A stretch of 64,000 bases of DNA. Source: Candidatus Parcubacteria bacterium (GTDB lineage: Bacteria; Patescibacteriota; Minisyncoccia; Phycocordibacterales; CAIZLB01). The first letter of the stretch is position 1. Each line of letters opens with the position of its first letter. Where the stretch lies: assembly GCA_043760135.1 (NCBI GenBank), contig JAYUPL010000007.1:64106-128105 (forward strand). Direction: 5' to 3'. The position numbers and the translations under genes were made by a program. The notes beneath the pieces were generated by a model, which did no database searches, had not been told where the DNA came from, and saw nothing but the letters and a program-made list of their open reading frames with translations. Below are positions 47,713 through 55,726 of the stretch, piece by piece.

Positions 47713-49029
47713 ATGAGCTCATCCAAAGATTTAAATATATTTCAGGTTCTAACAATAATCGTATTTCTTATCGTTGGTATTATAGGTATAGCAATGTTTG
47801 CTACCGGAAAAGCTGGTATAGGTGGATCAAGTTATAAAGCGACTATTTGGGGAGTGTTGCCAAAAGCAAATATTGATGCAGGTTTAGAACCTTTTAGAAT
47901 CAGGGGACAAGATCCAAGTTTTACCTACATAGAATTTCCAGAACAGGGGTTTGAGCAGGCGATATTAAAAGCTATTGCTGAGGGTAATGGACCAGATGCA
48001 ATCATTTTCCCTGACTACATGTATTATGGTCAGATAAATAAGCTACTCACTATTCCAAATTCAACTGTAACTGCTGAGACTTTTGCGAATACGTATTTGG
48101 ATATAGCTCAAAAATTTACTGTTCAAGGCGGTATAAAAGCCTTTCCGATTCTGATTGATCCTTTGGTGATGTATTACAATGTTGATTTATTAAAATCTGA
48201 AGGAATTTTGATACCACCAAAAGATTGGGTTGAATTTGCAAACCTTACAGAAAAAGTGGTGCGTAAACAAGACAACGGTATTATAGATAGAGCATACACT
48301 GCTCTAGGTGAGTATGATAATATTGATCACGCTAAAGATATATTGTTTGCCATGCTTGCTCAAGTTGGTGTAAATCTATCTTTTTATGATGTTGGAATAG
48401 GGTCATATGCATCAGGTTTAGTAAGTCAAGAATCATCAAGTCGTCTATCTCGTGAAGTTATGATTTATTATACAGAATTCGCCAATCCGACAAAAACATC
48501 ATATACCTGGAACAAATCTTTTAAGTCATCAAGAGAAGCATTTTTGGCTGGAGATTTGGCGATTTATTTTGGTCCTGGATCTGAAGTTGAATACATGAGA
48601 ACTCGTAACCCAAATCTAAATTTTGCAATTGCTGCAATACCTCAAGCATATTCAGATAAAAAAGTTACCCAAGCTAAGATATATTCTTTAGGATTCATGG
48701 TTACTTCAAGAGATCCTAACGCAACCTATCAAAATGTGATGAGTTTTTTCAACACGTTTGAGATGAATAAATCACTTTCTGATTCTGTACGTCTTGCTTC
48801 AGCTCGTCGTGATGTATTATTAAAATCAGAATTAGCAAAAACTAATGCTGATGTGGCAGTGATAAATAATTCAGCGATATATGCCGAATCTTGGATCGAT
48901 CCTGATGCCTATGAAAGTGATGATGTGTTTTCTAAGATGATAAATTCAATAGTCACTGGTACTCAAAATATTTCTGATGCGATCAATGATGCTGCTGAAA
49001 GGTTAGATAGATTATATTTAATAAGATAA
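47713..49029 (+). CDS. Membrane-anchored extracellular solute-binding-protein-like protein (SBP_bac_1-like), orphan
   Basis: N-terminal TM; DPLVMYYNVDLLKSEGILIPPKDWVEF resembles MalE-type SBPs; no permease/ATPase nearby. Confidence 0.5.
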   Translation: MSSSKDLNIFQVLTIIVFLIVGIIGIAMFATGKAGIGGSSYKATIWGVLPKANIDAGLEPFRIRGQDPSFTYIEFPEQGFEQAILKAIAEGNGPDAIIFPDYMYYGQINKLLTIPNSTVTAETFANTYLDIAQKFTVQGGIKAFPILIDPLVMYYNVDLLKSEGILIPPKDWVEFANLTEKVVRKQDNGIIDRAYTALGEYDNIDHAKDILFAMLAQVGVNLSFYDVGIGSYASGLVSQESSSRLSREVMIYYTEFANPTKTSYTWNKSFKSSREAFLAGDLAIYFGPGSEVEYMRTRNPNLNFAIAAIPQAYSDKKVTQAKIYSLGFMVTSRDPNATYQNVMSFFNTFEMNKSLSDSVRLASARRDVLLKSELAKTNADVAVINNSAIYAESWIDPDAYESDDVFSKMINSIVTGTQNISDAINDAAERLDRLYLIR

Positions 49030-49046
49030 TATGATAATATAAACCT

Positions 49047-49391
49047 ATGGAATTATTTTCAAAACTAAATGCTTGTATGGGGACAAGTATACAGGCTCGA
49101 CAGAAAGGTGGTTGTGGATGGGCAGAGTTAGGTCCGATTATAAATGAGTTACTATCCAACATTTTACTTCTTGGTATTTTTATTGCAGTGATAATGATAA
49201 TGTATGCTGGTTATATACTAGTTAACGGTCAAGGTTCACCAGACTCTCGTAGTCGTGCTAAAAAAATATTTATAGGAATAGTGATTGGTATGATTTTACT
49301 TGTTGGATCATATTACATAGTTGAATTTGTATTGGATACATTGGGTGTAAGTAATGACTATAGAAACAATTCACTCATTAAAAGAAATTAA
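49047..49391 (+). CDS. Small two-helix membrane protein, TrbC/VirB2-pilin-like topology (paralog 1 of 5)
   Basis: TM1-loop(NGQGSPDSRSRAKK)-TM2 hairpin shared with the four following ORFs. Confidence 0.45.
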   Translation: MELFSKLNACMGTSIQARQKGGCGWAELGPIINELLSNILLLGIFIAVIMIMYAGYILVNGQGSPDSRSRAKKIFIGIVIGMILLVGSYYIVEFVLDTLGVSNDYRNNSLIKRN

Positions 49392-49406
49392 TATATAATT
49401 ATACAT

Positions 49407-49874
49407 ATGAAAAACATCAAGAAAATAGTAATCATGGTTATAATATCGGTAGTATCGTTTGGTTCTGTTAGTGTTTCGGCTCTAAGTCCCGACAGGCAGG
49501 CAGAGGTTGATGCTGCGGCTGCAAGAAATAATCCTACTACCAATAATCCATCAAATAATACATCAAACACAAACACCCCTGCTCGTCCACTATTGAATCC
49601 TCCTCTTGGAAATGGAACTGCTGGAGGATCTGATCTAAAAACAATCTTCTTAAATGTGCTCGATGTTACTCAAGTTATTATCATCATGGTTACAACTCTA
49701 TATCTTATATTGGCTGGTTTTATGTTTGTGACGGCAAAAGGAGATCCAGGAAAACTCAAAAAAGCCAGAGATGCATTACTTTGGGGTCTTATCGGTGCTG
49801 CTTTGATATTGTGTGCTGAGGTGTTGGCTTACGGTATAGGTGACACGGTTAAAGAAGTCTTTAAAGGAAAATAA
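49407..49874 (+). CDS. Small two-helix membrane protein, pilin-like (paralog 2 of 5), signal peptide plus N/T/P-rich region
   Basis: TAKGDPGKLKKARDALLWGLIGAALIL conserved hairpin. Confidence 0.45.
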   Translation: MKNIKKIVIMVIISVVSFGSVSVSALSPDRQAEVDAAAARNNPTTNNPSNNTSNTNTPARPLLNPPLGNGTAGGSDLKTIFLNVLDVTQVIIIMVTTLYLILAGFMFVTAKGDPGKLKKARDALLWGLIGAALILCAEVLAYGIGDTVKEVFKGK

Positions 49875-49904
49875 TTAAAATCATAAACTAATCAAAAAAA
49901 ATAT

Positions 49905-50459
49905 ATGAAAAAATTGGTAATACTAATAATGATGCTGATACTGAGTGTAGGAGTGAGTGCGGATACGACAAATTCAAACGGAGTAGGCGATGATACAAAT
50001 TCGAATGGAGTAGGTGATACAACCAACTCAAATGGTTTAGGAGATGACACTCCAAATGACTATGATCCAAAAGTAGATCCAAATTTCTATAAGGACGGGA
50101 CTCCAAAAAGTACAAGTAAGGCAGGTTTTGATCCATCAAATTTAAATAAAAATCCTTTTTCATCTGGATCTGAAGGGGTTCCAAAGCTTTCTTTGTTAGG
50201 TATAGTGTACTGGCTCGCAGGTTTGATGAATCAGTTGGTCTATTTGATTATTGGAGCATCACTTGTTTGTTTTTTATATGGAATATTTAAACTATCATTT
50301 GTAGATGGACAAAAACCAGAAGCTCGAGAGCAAGCACGAAAATTTATGTTCTGGGGAATCGTTTCTCTGTTTGTAATGATGTCAGTTTGGGGATTGGTTA
50401 ATATACTAAAACTTTCACTCTTCGGTCCTGGAGACTTGATTATACCAAGACTTAAGTAG
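49905..50459 (+). CDS. Small two-helix membrane protein, pilin-like (paralog 3 of 5), signal peptide plus TNSNGVGDD repeats
   Basis: VDGQKPEAREQARKFMFWGIVSLFVMMSVWGLVNIL. Confidence 0.45.
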   Translation: MKKLVILIMMLILSVGVSADTTNSNGVGDDTNSNGVGDTTNSNGLGDDTPNDYDPKVDPNFYKDGTPKSTSKAGFDPSNLNKNPFSSGSEGVPKLSLLGIVYWLAGLMNQLVYLIIGASLVCFLYGIFKLSFVDGQKPEAREQARKFMFWGIVSLFVMMSVWGLVNILKLSLFGPGDLIIPRLK

Positions 50460-50513
50460 TATAATATGTGCATCATTATAAATAATAAAAAATATTAAAA
50501 AACACTAAACAAA

Positions 50514-50906
50514 ATGAAAAAAATACTATCATTACTCATCACACTGTCACCAACAGTTTTACTGGCTAACGACGACCAAGCACCTATCGCAAGAACTGTT
50601 GATGGACTGCTTAACTGGCTTATATACATAGCTGGACGAGCACTACCTCTTCTTATTCTAGCTGCTCTTGTACTATTTTTGTTCGGTATAGTAAAAAGAT
50701 TCTTCTGGGCAAAAGATACAGCAGATAAAGGTGAAGCTGGAAGATATATATTGTGGGGTGTGGTTGCTTTGTTTGTTATGGTATCAGTTTGGGGACTTGT
50801 AAACGTTTTAAGAGGTTCATTTAATCTAGATAACAACAACGTGCCTCTCGCACCTGCTGTTCCTGTACAAAATGCTCCATATGCAGCTCCTACAACAAGA
50901 CCATAG
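50514..50906 (+). CDS. Small two-helix membrane protein, pilin-like (paralog 4 of 5)
   Basis: AKDTADKGEAGRYILWGVVALFVMVSVWGLVNVL. Confidence 0.45.
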   Translation: MKKILSLLITLSPTVLLANDDQAPIARTVDGLLNWLIYIAGRALPLLILAALVLFLFGIVKRFFWAKDTADKGEAGRYILWGVVALFVMVSVWGLVNVLRGSFNLDNNNVPLAPAVPVQNAPYAAPTTRP

Positions 50907-50960
50907 GTCTCTCTAATGTTAGTTATAAAAAGATTTGCGGTTCATAGCCTCAAGTCTTTT

Positions 50961-51073
50961 TTTGTTATTAACGACCGTTGGGTGAGTGAAATGAACGTGT
51001 TAGCACTTTCATTTCCGAACTGAGGAGTTAACATGATTACCACCTGGATGCTTTGCGTCGAGAAGGTAATCAT
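50961..51073 (-). repeat. Structured repeat Y (inverted copy of X): TTATTAACGACCGTTGGGTGAGTG, hairpin (GAAATGAA...TTCATTTC), CCGAACTGAGGAGTTAAC, hairpin (ATGATTACC...GGTAATCAT)
   Basis: Arms match the reverse complement of 47625..47690. Confidence 0.7.
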
Positions 51074-51080
51074 TATATAA

Positions 51081-51386
51081 TTGTTCTATATGCAAAAAGT
51101 CTATTCAATAATATCTAAGATCAATGATATTATTATTAATCCTATTATCCTCCTTTTGTTTTCAGTAGCGCTACTTTATTTTATGTTTGGAGTGTTTGAG
51201 TACATATGGAAATCGAGATCAGATCCAGGAAAAATTAAAGAAGGTAGATCTCATATGGGTTGGGGATTGTTCGGGATGTTTATTATGATTTCAGTTTTTG
51301 GTTTATTTAAAATTTTGCTGAATACTGTACCGGTGAGTGAGAGAACTAAAACAAATGTGAATAGGGTAATGGATCTCGATAAATAA
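51081..51386 (+). CDS. Small two-helix membrane protein, pilin-like (paralog 5 of 5), outside the X/Y-bracketed segment
   Basis: WKSRSDPGKIKEGRSHMGWGLFGMFIMISVFGLFKIL. Confidence 0.45.
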   Translation: MFYMQKVYSIISKINDIIINPIILLLFSVALLYFMFGVFEYIWKSRSDPGKIKEGRSHMGWGLFGMFIMISVFGLFKILLNTVPVSERTKTNVNRVMDLDK

Positions 51387-51396
51387 AAAGAAAGAA

Positions 51397-51430
51397 CGCT
51401 CGCCTGATGAACAGGCGGGCGCTTTTTTGA
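51397..51430. terminator. Bidirectional rho-independent terminator (CGCTCGCCTG-atgaa-CAGGCGGGCG followed by CTTTTTTGA)
   Basis: GC-rich hairpin plus T-run. Confidence 0.7.
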
Positions 51431-51439
51431 TGGTTGATT

Positions 51440-51985
51440 TTATTCTTTCCGTCCCATCATGACGGCCAGGGTTTTGTCTGGGGCTGCTGGGACGAAACGA
51501 ACACGGGAAGCATTCATCCGGATTGCGAGGAATTGTTTTGGGTCGATGACGACCTTGGAAAACTCACTATTATCTAACCGGAGGTAGGACTCGTTGGTAT
51601 CGCTGTCTTTCCAGACAGCTGTGACTTTGTTCGGGTCGTCCTTGGATTGGAATTCGATGACACAGTCTTTTTTGACACGGTATGTTGTGTTGAATGTGTT
51701 TACTGGTCCACGCATTACGAACCATTCGGTCGTATTGGTGGCAGCTGTGGTTGGGGTGAACCAATCGTAGCCGTGACTGTCGACCCCCTTATGGTCAAAG
51801 TTCCAGCCGGTTGGGCTTTCAGGTTGACGAGGGGTTGGAAGTGGACGTTCGGCGGGGAGTGGGGTGATGACGGTTTTTTTAATGGTCTGAACAGTGTTGT
51901 AACTGTTTTTCCGGAAGAATATTTCATCCCGGAAAAAATAGAACATAGCTCCGATGAATACGAGGATCAGGATTATTGCTTTCAT
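51440..51985 (-). CDS. Hypothetical N-terminally anchored secreted protein, higher-GC gene
   Basis: N-terminal TM; Pro-rich linker; visibly G+C-richer codons than the genome background. Confidence 0.45.
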   Translation of the reverse strand: MKAIILILVFIGAMFYFFRDEIFFRKNSYNTVQTIKKTVITPLPAERPLPTPRQPESPTGWNFDHKGVDSHGYDWFTPTTAATNTTEWFVMRGPVNTFNTTYRVKKDCVIEFQSKDDPNKVTAVWKDSDTNESYLRLDNSEFSKVVIDPKQFLAIRMNASRVRFVPAAPDKTLAVMMGRKE

Positions 51986-52016
51986 GATTGGTGTTTGTTG
52001 AATGTTTTACCTATAT

Positions 52017-52046
52017 ATTATAGCATACTTTATAGGTAAAAGTCAA
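52017..52046 (-). promoter_or_regulatory. Near-consensus sigma-70 promoter on the minus strand (TTGACT-18 nt-TATAAT), overlapped by the palindrome TTACCTATA-n15-TATAGGTAA
   Basis: Reverse complement reads catacTTGACTtttacctataaagtatgcTATAATatataggtaa, about 35 nt before the ATG of 51440..51985. Confidence 0.5.
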
Positions 52047-52062
52047 GTATGTATATAATAAA

Positions 52063-52092
52063 AACCCTAGAACCGGTGAGGGTCCTAGGGTT
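52063..52092 (-). terminator. Rho-independent terminator for 52116..53192 (AACCCTAG...CTAGGGTT; T-run on the minus strand)
   Basis: 8-bp stem followed by TTTTTATTA on the minus strand. Confidence 0.55.
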
Positions 52093-52115
52093 GGAGGACT
52101 GAGTAGGCTTCTCAA

Positions 52116-53192
52116 TCAAATATCAAGGATTGTACGTCCTGCACCTCTGCCTGTCAGGATTTTCTTCTGGATGATTCCACGCTGAGTCATGACAATTGCC
52201 TGTGCCTCTTTATAGCTTAGAGGCTTGGTAGGATCCACTTCCTTGGACTTGTCGATCACCATCTGGATCTGATCGTTTAGTGCCGCTGTATCGACTTTCT
52301 CACGAGCATCCAGTGCTGCTTGAGCTCTGGCTGCTGATGCATCGTCAATTTGCTGTTTAATCTGCGCGGCCGGTTCTTGGATGTCCACAAGGTTGAAGTT
52401 GCTGATTTGATCGCCGTATCTTCCTTCAACAGGTGCCATTGCTTCACCCAAATGGGTTTCAATGTCATTCTTATCTATCTTCAAGGCTTTGACATCCTTG
52501 TACTTGTGGGCAGAGTCGTTGGTCCAATCGGTCAGTGCCTCAGTCAGAACATTAATTAGATCTTCATCCTTGTGAGGATTAGTGATATAAAGATATGTGT
52601 CTACTGTTGTTGCTGCAAAGTTTACATCAAAGTCCGCCTGAAACTTTTTCCCCTCCGAGTCACCATCTATCTCGATCTGGATGGATATAGTCTTTTTGAT
52701 CACTCGAGCTGTATTGTCCAGTGCATGAATCTTGACTAAAAATGCTGGGAGTCCTGTAAACAGGCCGATTGCAGAATTTTTCTGATTCTTGAATGCTATA
52801 GGCATCCAGCCATTGATTGACAGCTGCCCGATCTGGGTTTCTGACAACCTCTTCTTGTCCCAGCACGATAATATTGAAGCAACTGCCAAGGTGGCGAGAA
52901 TGGCTTTGAAGGTTGCCCGTAAGCCAATCCGTAACCATTCAGCGAGTGGGTGCCACTCAACATTAAATGCCGGTCCAAGCACATAGAGGATGAAGAAGTA
53001 GGCTATCGTGAAGATCATCGCATGGTATGCAACGAACATCAAGACTTTCGACAACATCAGCCAGCTAATGTAGGCTACCAAAGCAACCAGGATGCATACT
53101 GAAATTTTCCATTCGAAGGGTGAGATTATCAATGCAATCAGAATTGCAAATCCTCCCACCCAATTAAGCATTTGCCTTTGTTTTACTGTCAT
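52116..53192 (-). CDS. Multi-TM protein with C-terminal SPFH/band-7-like domain (tentative), higher-GC gene
   Basis: Four N-terminal TM helices; C-terminal Ala/Gln-rich coiled segment and a core reminiscent of stomatin/HflK. Confidence 0.4.
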   Translation of the reverse strand: MTVKQRQMLNWVGGFAILIALIISPFEWKISVCILVALVAYISWLMLSKVLMFVAYHAMIFTIAYFFILYVLGPAFNVEWHPLAEWLRIGLRATFKAILATLAVASILSCWDKKRLSETQIGQLSINGWMPIAFKNQKNSAIGLFTGLPAFLVKIHALDNTARVIKKTISIQIEIDGDSEGKKFQADFDVNFAATTVDTYLYITNPHKDEDLINVLTEALTDWTNDSAHKYKDVKALKIDKNDIETHLGEAMAPVEGRYGDQISNFNLVDIQEPAAQIKQQIDDASAARAQAALDAREKVDTAALNDQIQMVIDKSKEVDPTKPLSYKEAQAIVMTQRGIIQKKILTGRGAGRTILDI

Positions 53193-53367
53193 TTTCGTGT
53201 CTTTCTTCGTGTGTTATTGTTTTGAAATTTCATCCTGGACCTACATAGGTTTCAGGTAATGATGTGTATATTATAGCATGTTTTAATTAAAAAATCAAGG
53301 TATCCACTAATAGGCCTTAAAATCAGTATCTGGTAAAAAACTCGCTATACTATATAAGGTTGTTTTA

Positions 53368-53452
53368 TGGTGGGCAAGGAGGGACTCGAACCCTCAATCC
53401 GTGAAGAACTAGTTCCTAAGACTAGCGCGTATACCAATTCCGCCACTTGCCC
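53368..53452 (-). tRNA. tRNA-Leu(UAG), type II, CCA encoded
   Basis: Reverse complement GGGCAAG TG GCGG AATTGGTATACGC...loop CTTAGGA...long arm...GGTTCGAGTCCC..CTTGCCC ACCA. Confidence 0.85.
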
Positions 53453-53466
53453 AACTTCCTAACTTG

Positions 53467-53539
53467 TCCGCCTAATAGGATTTGAACCTATGACCGTTCG
53501 CTTAAGAGGCGACTGCTCTACCAACTGAGCTATAGGCGG
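53467..53539 (-). tRNA. tRNA-Lys(CUU) with C1:G72 acceptor pair
   Basis: Reverse complement CCGCCTA TA GCTCAGTTGGTAGAGC AGTCGCCTCTTAAGCGAAC GGTC ATAGGTTCAAATCCTAT TAGGCGG A; parallels E. coli tRNA-Lys. Confidence 0.8.
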
Positions 53540-53566
53540 TTATATGTATTCAATTCTAATAAGCTG

Positions 53567-53639
53567 TGGACCCGAGGGGATTCGAACTCCTGACCTCCTC
53601 AGTGCAAATGAGGCGCTCTACCAACTAAGCTACGGGCCC
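53567..53639 (-). tRNA. tRNA-Ala(UGC) with G3:U70
   Basis: Reverse complement GGGCCCG TA GCTTAGTTGGTAGAGC GCCTCATTTGCACTGAGG AGGTC AGGAGTTCGAATCCCCT CGGGTCC A. Confidence 0.85.
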
Positions 53640-53703
53640 AATGGAGATAATATACTATTTTTTAAGCCAGAAAGCAATACTTTTATTCGAAGTTTCTTTA
53701 TTA

Positions 53704-53734
53704 TTTCTTTATGAGAACTTTATTGAGGTTTTTC
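53704..53734 (+). promoter_or_regulatory. Conserved upstream element ATTTCTTTATGAGAACTTTATTGAGGTTTTT (copy 4 of 5)
   Basis: Near-identical to 18368..18399; partially duplicated just upstream (GTTTCTTTATTA). Confidence 0.45.
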
Positions 53735-53770
53735 TATGATATATGAATAACAACCAGAAATTTACAAAAA

Positions 53771-54154
53771 ATGAAAAATCTTATTAAAGTCTATTATTCA
53801 CTAGATCAAGGTATTCCTATTGACCATCATTTAGAATTAATCAGGATTCATGATAGTTGCGATATTTATATTTCCAGAAAGGCATTGAAACATTTTGTTG
53901 AAAGCCGAAAAAAAGAGATGATTGAAACCCGTAATCAGAAAGAGATCTGTGATAAGTTATGTTTTGCTGTTAAAAATGTAATTTTTACATATATAAAGTA
54001 TGACAGAATTGAACAATCATCACTAAATAGGTTGATATATATAAAATATTTTAAAAAATTGCGAAATTCCAGTTTAGGTATTGTGGTAGAACGAGTTGAA
54101 GACAGGAGTGAAATTTGTTCAATACATTTCAAGAAACACAAAAAACCACCTTAA
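53771..54154 (+). CDS. Hypothetical small protein, 'ISRKALKHFVESR' family (paralog 1)
   Basis: Paralog of 60741..61085 (HLELIRI...ISRKALKHFVESRKKEM vs FLELVFV...ISRRALKHFVESRSSEM); stop codon lies in a terminator loop. Confidence 0.5.
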   Translation: MKNLIKVYYSLDQGIPIDHHLELIRIHDSCDIYISRKALKHFVESRKKEMIETRNQKEICDKLCFAVKNVIFTYIKYDRIEQSSLNRLIYIKYFKKLRNSSLGIVVERVEDRSEICSIHFKKHKKPP

Positions 54155-54166
54155 AGTGGTTTTTTG
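54139..54166 (+). terminator. Rho-independent terminator (AAAAAACCACC-ttaaa-GTGGTTTTTT), stop codon in the loop
   Basis: Read from the sequence. Confidence 0.7.
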
Positions 54167-54175
54167 TGAGACTTA

Positions 54176-54283
54176 GGATGACGGCAAGGACAAATAATTA
54201 CTTACTTGTGTTTTCATCCATGAGTACGTTGATATTTCTACCAAGTCCGCAGCACAGCCGATTGTTAATTTTCTGTCGTTAAG
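54176..54283 (+). other. Conserved about 110-nt 3' tail (copy 1): GGATGACGGCAA...TTTCATCCATGAGTACGTT...CCAAGTCCGCAGCACAGCCGATTGTTAATTTTCTGTCGTTAAG; possible structured RNA
   Basis: Three conserved blocks shared with 61112..61214; GGATGA/TCATCC form a stem around a variable loop. Confidence 0.4.
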
Positions 54284-54316
54284 TCTTATGTAACAATATT
54301 ATCAAAAAAAATAACC

Positions 54317-54748
54317 TTGTCAATAAAAATGAAAAAAACAACAAATAATGAACAACATGGCTTTATAACCCTATTTTTTATATTGGGGGTATCATTTACT
54401 TTTCTAACCTGGATTTCGTTGAGTTCGGAAAGGGTATTTGGGTACATACGTATAAAGGATGATTTTATTGCATCCAGATCTGTACTACATGATCATATTC
54501 TCTGTGCTGATGCTTTTATTAATATAGTGATTGAATCTCGACATAATTTGAGTTTTAATGGTGGCATCTATAATTTTAAGAGGAATTTGTATTTCGTGGA
54601 TGATTTTTCATGCAATATTAAATCTATAAGCTCAACCCATGAAGATAACACTATTAAGACTGTTTTCTTTACTATTGGTGAATTTCGCTTTGAGTATCAG
54701 TTTAAAAATGGTTTTGTAAACTCTATCAAATCTTTCAATTTATTTTAG
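54317..54748 (+). CDS. Putative minor pilin / pseudopilin-like protein (non-canonical prepilin N-terminus)
   Basis: QHGFITLFFILGVSFTFL hydrophobic N-terminal segment immediately upstream of a canonical type IV pilin. Confidence 0.3.
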   Translation: MSIKMKKTTNNEQHGFITLFFILGVSFTFLTWISLSSERVFGYIRIKDDFIASRSVLHDHILCADAFINIVIESRHNLSFNGGIYNFKRNLYFVDDFSCNIKSISSTHEDNTIKTVFFTIGEFRFEYQFKNGFVNSIKSFNLF

Positions 54749-54802
54749 GGGTGTTTGTCTACAATAAGTACATTATCAATTAATTAAATAAACAAAAAAA
54801 AT

Positions 54803-55309
54803 ATGAAAAACACAAAAAAATACCAAAAGGGCACTTCTTTTTTGCCAAGGCAAAACAAGTCGCAAAAAGGGTTTACCCTTATCGAAATATTAGTAGTGAT
54901 CGGTATTATCGGGATCCTGGCCACGGTGGTTTTGGTGGCAGTAAATCCGAGTCGTCAATTTAAACAAGCAAGAGATTCGCAACGGGTAGCGAACGTGAAT
55001 ACTATATTGAATGCTCTCGGTCAAAATATTGCTGACCACCAAGGTAACTTGTTTTGTGACGGGGCAATCACCCCTTTAGATTATAACTCTACACATGAGA
55101 TAAGTAGTACTGCCGGAGCCTTTGATGTCGCAAACTGCTTGATTCCTGAATATTTACCTAAGCTGCCATATGACCCTAAAAATGATACTTCCCACTATAC
55201 GAATGAAGATGAATACAATACTGGATATAACTTGTCTGTTGATGATGGAGGACGTCTCACAGTAACTGCTGCGGGGGAGATACAATCAGAAATTTCAGTA
55301 ACAAGGTAA
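54803..55309 (+). CDS. Type IV pilin (prepilin-type N-terminal cleavage/methylation domain)
   Basis: KGFTLIEILVVIGIIGILATVVLVAV class III signal peptide. Confidence 0.8.
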   Translation: MKNTKKYQKGTSFLPRQNKSQKGFTLIEILVVIGIIGILATVVLVAVNPSRQFKQARDSQRVANVNTILNALGQNIADHQGNLFCDGAITPLDYNSTHEISSTAGAFDVANCLIPEYLPKLPYDPKNDTSHYTNEDEYNTGYNLSVDDGGRLTVTAAGEIQSEISVTR

Positions 55310-55362
55310 TCTGAACGATATCACTTGAATTAATATTCTATTAATGTTATATTGTATGAATT

Positions 55363-55485
55363 ATGAAATTATTATCGTCACTCAAAAAAGCAGATCTTCG
55401 CCAAGGTGAATTTATTGTACGTCGTGGAAAGCATCTATATCGTATTAATAAGGCAAATCGTAAACGAAACGCAAAACAAGGCTAG
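55363..55485 (+). CDS. rpmJ: 50S ribosomal protein bL36, Cys-less (zinc-independent) type; not in the ORF track
   Basis: MKLLSSLKKADLRQGEFIVRRGKHLYRINKANRKRNAKQG versus [37 protein letters not shown]. Confidence 0.65.
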   Translation: MKLLSSLKKADLRQGEFIVRRGKHLYRINKANRKRNAKQG

Positions 55486-55500
55486 GCCTTGTTTTTGTTT
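55476..55500 (+). terminator. Terminator (CAAGGC-ta-GCCTTG followed by TTTTTGTTTT)
   Basis: Hairpin overlapping the rpmJ stop codon. Confidence 0.5.
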
Positions 55501-55726
55501 TCTATCGACCTTTCAGACCGGTCGGTGAGTCAGCCTGTGAATTGACTCTAGTGTAAAAGACATCATGATTTCTCGAGTTATGATGTCTTTTAGTATCCCC
55601 ATAATGTCCTATATGTCCTTGATAACAAAGGCTAAGCTAATTTAGACTTTATGCAGTTGTCCTTGACACAGCACTTGACTCTTATTTGACTTATATTAAC
55701 AAACATGATACAAATATGAAAACATT

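Noticed and set aside
47586-51073. X/Y elements considered as integron attC sites
   Set aside because: Terminal sequences (GTTAAC...) do not fit the RYYYAAC/GTTRRRY core sites. No integrase is nearby.
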